Assembly (NCBI GenBank): GCA_943787795.1
Contig: CALSNU010000002.1
Span: forward strand, 224,001 to 288,000
DNA from: an uncultured bacterium
Lineage (GTDB): Bacteria > Planctomycetota > UBA1135 > GCA-002686595
Length of the DNA: 64,000 nt
Reading direction: 5' to 3'
Part shown: in pieces, positions 59,780 through 64,000 of the stretch
How the letters are laid out: every line of letters begins with the position of its first letter
How positions within the stretch are numbered: position 1 is the stretch's first letter
Translations under genes and position numbers: made by a program
Notes under the pieces: generated by a model
Told to the model about the DNA's origin: nothing
What the model saw: only the letters and a program-made list of their open reading frames with translations
Database searches by the model: none

Positions 59780-60001
59780 GGGGGGCCTCCGGTTCAAGGG
59801 ACTCTCGTAAGAGCCGGATCTCGCGCTGCTCCGAAGGGTGGAAACCCAATCCAAACAACGCAGTACCCGGCTCGGCTCAGAGAGTCATCGGCCTCCGGAG
59901 GCCCCGCATGCGCGATACCTCCACTGTTTTGTCGTCCCTGCTCCGAATGAGATTTCGTGTGGCGTCGAGCCACACGCATGTCTCGAAAGAGGCTCGGAAC
60001 G

Positions 60002-60706
60002 TCAGCAGATCGAGATCTCGTCGGGTGCTGCCTCGGCCTGATACGCGTCCCAGATCGCGTCGGCAACGGCCTCCGACGTGGTGACCGCAGCGCCCCCCAG
60101 CGTCTCCTTCCAGGGGCCGAGCCCGGGCGTATCCACGTAGCCTGGGAGCACCGTCGTGACCCGGACTCCCTCGGGCCCCAGATCAGCACGCAGCCCGCGG
60201 GACATCCCTTCGACCCCGGCCTTGGAGGCTGCCATGAGCGACTGCCCGGGCCCCGGCTGACCCGCAAGATGCGCCCCGACGTTGAACACGTGGGCCCGCT
60301 CACTCTCCCGCAGGGACGGGAGCACCTCCGCCATCACGAGAAAAGGACCCGTCAGGTGCACCGCGAGGGCACGCTCCCAGTCATCCACGCCCAGCTCATC
60401 GAAGGGCTTGAACTCCACCAGGCCAGCGCAATTCACGACGATGTCTGTCGTCCCTTCGAAGAAGTCGACAGCGCGGAACACCGCGGCCTCCACCGATCCG
60501 TGGTCCCGCATGTTGGTCTGGCAGGCGTCTCCCTGGCCGCCTGCTGACTCGATCTCGGCGACGATCGCGTCGAGATCTGCGGAGGTTCGAGCGGCAACGG
60601 CGACCATGGCGCCTTCCCGGGCGAATCGCAGCGCGATAGCGCGTCCGATCCCCCGGGTTCCACCGGTGATGAAGACCCTGAGAGGGCTCTGGCTGGAGTC
60701 GGTCAT
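60002..60706 (-). CDS. SDR family oxidoreductase (atypical active site)
   Basis: ITGGTRGIG, VNCAG, MAASK in place of YxxxK, PG.VDT. Confidence 0.85.
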   Translation of the reverse strand: MTDSSQSPLRVFITGGTRGIGRAIALRFAREGAMVAVAARTSADLDAIVAEIESAGGQGDACQTNMRDHGSVEAAVFRAVDFFEGTTDIVVNCAGLVEFKPFDELGVDDWERALAVHLTGPFLVMAEVLPSLRESERAHVFNVGAHLAGQPGPGQSLMAASKAGVEGMSRGLRADLGPEGVRVTTVLPGYVDTPGLGPWKETLGGAAVTTSEAVADAIWDAYQAEAAPDEISIC

Positions 60707-60893
60707 GACGTCGGAGTGTATCCCGGCGCCCCCCTCCGGCGCCCGCGGCGTCGCCACTCCCCGGCAAATGGGCTCGACCCGGGCCCTATGGGGGTAAGCT
60801 TCCGAGCGAGGCCCCTCTCCCCCAGGCCCGCTCTCCGCGCGTCGCGCCTCCGGATCCCCGATCGGGACCGGACCTCACGAACCGTCCATTCCT

Positions 60894-61319
60894 TTGCCGA
60901 TCAACGAGCAAGTCATCCGCTGGAGCGAGATCCGGCTGCCCCACCCCTCGAGGAAGGGCGAACTCATCTCCTGGAAGGTGGATGGGCCGTTCTCCCTGCG
61001 GAGCTACTACGAGGCCGAGGGCTGCGATGAGCGAATCGACCTCGACCTCAGCCATCGAAAGGAGGACGGCACCATCGAGCACTGCCTCAACTGCGGCTCG
61101 TCGGGGCTGAAGCTGCGCATGGAGGCCTCGCGCTCCTCTGCTCTGATGGGCCTGCTGTGGCTGGCGCTCGCGATCGGCCTCGCACCTCTGACCTACGGTC
61201 TCTCGATCGCCGTGGCGGCCTATCCACTCTGGTTCCTGTGGACAAACGCATCGAGGGTCCAGCGATGCACCTCGTGCGGCGCGGAGTTTGTCGACTTCCG
61301 CATGGGGCCCCGCCCCTGA
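60894..61319 (+). CDS. Hypothetical membrane protein with two CxxC motifs
   Basis: CLNCG and CTSCG flank a TM hairpin. Confidence 0.65.
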   Translation: MPINEQVIRWSEIRLPHPSRKGELISWKVDGPFSLRSYYEAEGCDERIDLDLSHRKEDGTIEHCLNCGSSGLKLRMEASRSSALMGLLWLALAIGLAPLTYGLSIAVAAYPLWFLWTNASRVQRCTSCGAEFVDFRMGPRP

Positions 61320-61342
61320 GTTCGCCCGCGAGAGTCTGAAAC

Positions 61343-61384
61343 ACGAAGAGAGCCCCGCGCAGGACTGCGCGGGGCTCTCTTCGT
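61343..61384. terminator. Long perfect hairpin downstream of porin copy 1 (repeated at 63371-63412)
   Basis: ACGAAGAGAGCCCCGCGCAG-GA-CTGCGCGGGGCTCTCTTCGT. Confidence 0.75.
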
Positions 61385-61429
61385 GGATCCTGGATAGGGC
61401 CGGCCCAAGGGCCCGCCCGATCCATCGGA

Positions 61430-62527
61430 TCAGAAGCCGGCGTTGAAGCCGATGCGGATCAGGTCCGTGTCGCCAGCGTCGCTGCCCACCGAGGTCCAGT
61501 TGATGATGTACTTCATCGCGTGGCCGTCGACGTAGTAGTTGGCGCCGATGTCCATGACGTCGGTGCTGTTGGTGTCGTCAAGGTCCTGATAGCGGATGCC
61601 AAGCTCCCAGCTCTCGTTCAGGGCGAACGTGCCCATGAGCGACCAGGGGGTGTTGTCTCCCTCGGTAGCGGCAGCCACGTAGGCCGCGTTCGTGAGCATC
61701 ACGTGCGGGTCGTTCACGTCGAAGTTCGAGCCGACGCCACTGTCGTCACGGGAGACGAAGTTGGCCGAGATGCTGAACTGGCTCGACTGGGCGCCAGCTT
61801 CAACCGCGAAGCCGCCACCGTCGGCAGCGCCGCCGTCGTCGTAGTACGTGACGCCCGCGGAGGCCGTCATGTCGTCGCCGGCGCCGTACGCGCCCTCGAC
61901 CATGCTCGTGCCCGCGCCCATGAAGTCCATGCCGGCGTGGAGCGCGTAGAAGAGATCGTCGCCGTCGCCGTCCGTCGCGCCAGGGCCGGTCGCGCCGTCG
62001 CTGCCGTCCTGGATCGTGATGGCCCAGTTGAAGGCCTCCATGTCACCGGAGACCGCGAGGCCCTGCTGACGACCCGCGAAGGAAGCAGCGTTCACCGAGC
62101 GGTCGATGAAGAACAGGTTGCCCGAGTCGATCTGGCTCTCCGCAAGCACGTAGGCGCGGAACTGGCCAAGGCGGATGTCGATGGTCTCGCCGGCCGAGAC
62201 GTCGATGTACGCGTCGAGCAGGTTGCCCGTGGCGAAATCGTTCTCGAGGCGGTAGCCAACGCCGGCCGCGGTGGTGCCGTGGGCGAAGAGGCGGGCGTTG
62301 TAGAGCTGGAAGCCACCAAGGTCGTTGGTGCCGACCGTGATGTCGCCGGAGGACGCGTACGCCGCACGGATACGGCCGCCGATCGTCATGCCGCCGCCCT
62401 CCATGTCCTGGAGGTTGGCCGAGAGGGCCTGGACGTCGTTGTCGAGTTGGTCCCAGTCGCTGTTGTTAGCGACCGCGGTACCGCAGGTCAGGGTCAGCGC
62501 GCAGGCGCTGAAGACGAGCTTCTTCAT
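61430..62527 (-). CDS. Outer-membrane porin (OprO/OprP-like beta barrel), copy 1
   Basis: Signal peptide, short coiled coil, F....ARL...G, LLDAY.D, .GQF, R..G, GANYY..GH..K, terminal Phe. Confidence 0.78.
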   Translation of the reverse strand: MKKLVFSACALTLTCGTAVANNSDWDQLDNDVQALSANLQDMEGGGMTIGGRIRAAYASSGDITVGTNDLGGFQLYNARLFAHGTTAAGVGYRLENDFATGNLLDAYIDVSAGETIDIRLGQFRAYVLAESQIDSGNLFFIDRSVNAASFAGRQQGLAVSGDMEAFNWAITIQDGSDGATGPGATDGDGDDLFYALHAGMDFMGAGTSMVEGAYGAGDDMTASAGVTYYDDGGAADGGGFAVEAGAQSSQFSISANFVSRDDSGVGSNFDVNDPHVMLTNAAYVAAATEGDNTPWSLMGTFALNESWELGIRYQDLDDTNSTDVMDIGANYYVDGHAMKYIINWTSVGSDAGDTDLIRIGFNAGF

Positions 62528-62924
62528 GGGATTGCCACCTGCGAGGTGGAACGGGGACTGCCGAGAGAGCAAAGGGTGTTGGTTGGTGGGTGAGCGCTGG
62601 CAGATGACGAACAGTTGCCGTCTGACAGGTACTCACATCAGAACTTCCGTGGAAGTAGGGATGCCATCGGCGGCTGCGCCGTGGCCTCGGACCCTTTTTG
62701 TGACGAATCTGGCAGGAATGTCGACCCCCATGGACACAGAACCACTGTCAGGAATCGTCCTGTCCCCCTCCCGTGCCCCTTAGGCCTGCATGGCTGCCCC
62801 ATGTGCCATCCGCACCAGGTAGTGGGCAGCTACGAAGAGTCCAGTCGAACTCTGGCGAAGAGGCTCGCCTCTTCCCGGCCCCGGCGCTCGACGCTCCCCG
62901 ATGGGCCCTCGACCGCCGCCCCTG

Positions 62925-63284
62925 CTACCGCCGCCGGATCGAGAGTGACGGCCCCGTTCGCTCGATCAGCCAGCGCTGATCTTGGTCCTCTTCCCCCGTC
63001 AAAGTGAGCTCCCAGCGCCCGCGATCCAGGGCGGACAGGGAGGCGTTTCGCACGTCCACCACCGCCCCGTCGTTGGCGAGTTCGGCGGAGCCGAGGTGAC
63101 GTCGAGCCCCGGAACTCACCTCGTAGAAGTGAACGGTGTGCGAGCCGAAGGCCCACCCAGAGACGGCGCGGAGCTCGAGCTCGACGTCTTGGAGCTGGAA
63201 GGAGCTGAAGGTCTCCCCGCTCGGCTCCCGCGCGCACCCGCCAAGAAGCAGCCCGAGCGCAAGGGTGCGGAGGATTGGCGCCAT
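62925..63284 (-). CDS. Small hypothetical lipoprotein
   Basis: MAPILRTLALGLLLGGC lipobox; it lies between the porin copies. Confidence 0.6.
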   Translation of the reverse strand: MAPILRTLALGLLLGGCAREPSGETFSSFQLQDVELELRAVSGWAFGSHTVHFYEVSSGARRHLGSAELANDGAVVDVRNASLSALDRGRWELTLTGEEDQDQRWLIERTGPSLSIRRR

Positions 63285-63370
63285 GTCCCGATCATCAGCC
63301 GCGCAGGCTGCAGGTGTACAGCGCAACCGCTCAGATCCTCGCCTCCGAGACGAGGGCTGGCGCCTTGTGA

Positions 63371-64000
63371 ACGAAGAGAGCCCCGCGCAGGACTGCGCGG
63401 GGCTCTCTTCGTGGATCCTGGATAGGGCCGGCCCAAGGGCCCGCCCGATCCACCGGATCAGAAGCCGGCGTTGAAGCCGATACGGATCAGGTCCGTGTCG
63501 CCAGCGTCGCTGCCCACCGAGGTCCAGTTGATGATGTACTTCATCGCGTGGCCGTCGACGTAGTAGTTGGCGCCGATGTCCATGACGTCGGTGCTGTTGG
63601 TGTCGTCAAGGTCCTGATAGCGGATGCCAAGCTCCCAGCTCTCGTTCAGGGCGAACGTGCCCATGAGCGACCAGGGGGTGTTGTCTCCCTCGGTAGCGGC
63701 AGCCACGTAGGCCGCGTTCGTGAGCATCACGTGCGGGTCGTTCACGTCGAAGTTCGAGCCGACGCCACTGTCGTCACGGGAGACGAAGTTGGCCGAGATG
63801 CTGAACTGGCTCGACTGGGCGCCAGCTTCAACCGCGAAGCCGCCACCGTCGGCAGCGCCGCCGTCGTCGTAGTACGTGACGCCCGCGGAGGCCGTCATGT
63901 CGTCGCCAGCGCCGTACGCGCCCTCGACCATGCTCGTGCCCGCGCCCATGAAGTCCATGCCGGCGTGGAGCGCGTAGAAGAGATCGTCGCCGTCGCCGTC
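63371..64000. repeat. Direct repeat of 61343-61972 (offset 2028 bp)
   Basis: About 630 bp with about 3 substitutions counted by eye; it includes the terminator hairpins. Confidence 0.92.
63458..64000 (-). CDS. Outer-membrane porin copy 2 (3' part; continues beyond the window)
   Basis: The translated part matches the C-terminal half of 61430-62527. Confidence 0.8.
   Translation of the reverse strand, partial: DGDGDDLFYALHAGMDFMGAGTSMVEGAYGAGDDMTASAGVTYYDDGGAADGGGFAVEAGAQSSQFSISANFVSRDDSGVGSNFDVNDPHVMLTNAAYVAAATEGDNTPWSLMGTFALNESWELGIRYQDLDDTNSTDVMDIGANYYVDGHAMKYIINWTSVGSDAGDTDLIRIGFNAGF

Overview
High-GC bacterial chromosome segment read in standard code 11 (most genes end in TGA). It is probably from a Planctomycetota; this is inferred from the secreted-protein families, many lipoprotein sulfatase-like genes and EF-hand proteins. 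About 50 genes are present: B12-dependent acyl-CoA mutase functions (icmF, mutA/mutB, meaB), an arsC-aquaporin pair, secreted proteins with a shared C-terminal domain, Thr-type sulfatase-like lipoproteins, a housekeeping run (split transketolase, S41 peptidase, tsaD, larB, carA), a VNTR-bearing EF-hand protein and near-identical duplicated porin genes. No tRNA, rRNA, CRISPR array or transposase was recognised. The best find is a hidden selenoprotein candidate (23316-24383) that the ORF track splits in two. It is a secreted thioredoxin-like protein with an in-frame UGA at the WC Cys position (C-x7-U, W-U-P-G-Y), followed by a bacterial SECIS-like hairpin. Other notable points: a one-base frameshift fuses mutA to mutB, a conserved C-terminal candidate sorting domain sits on unrelated secreted passengers, and an unannotated 38-aa membrane peptide lies next to the selenoprotein.
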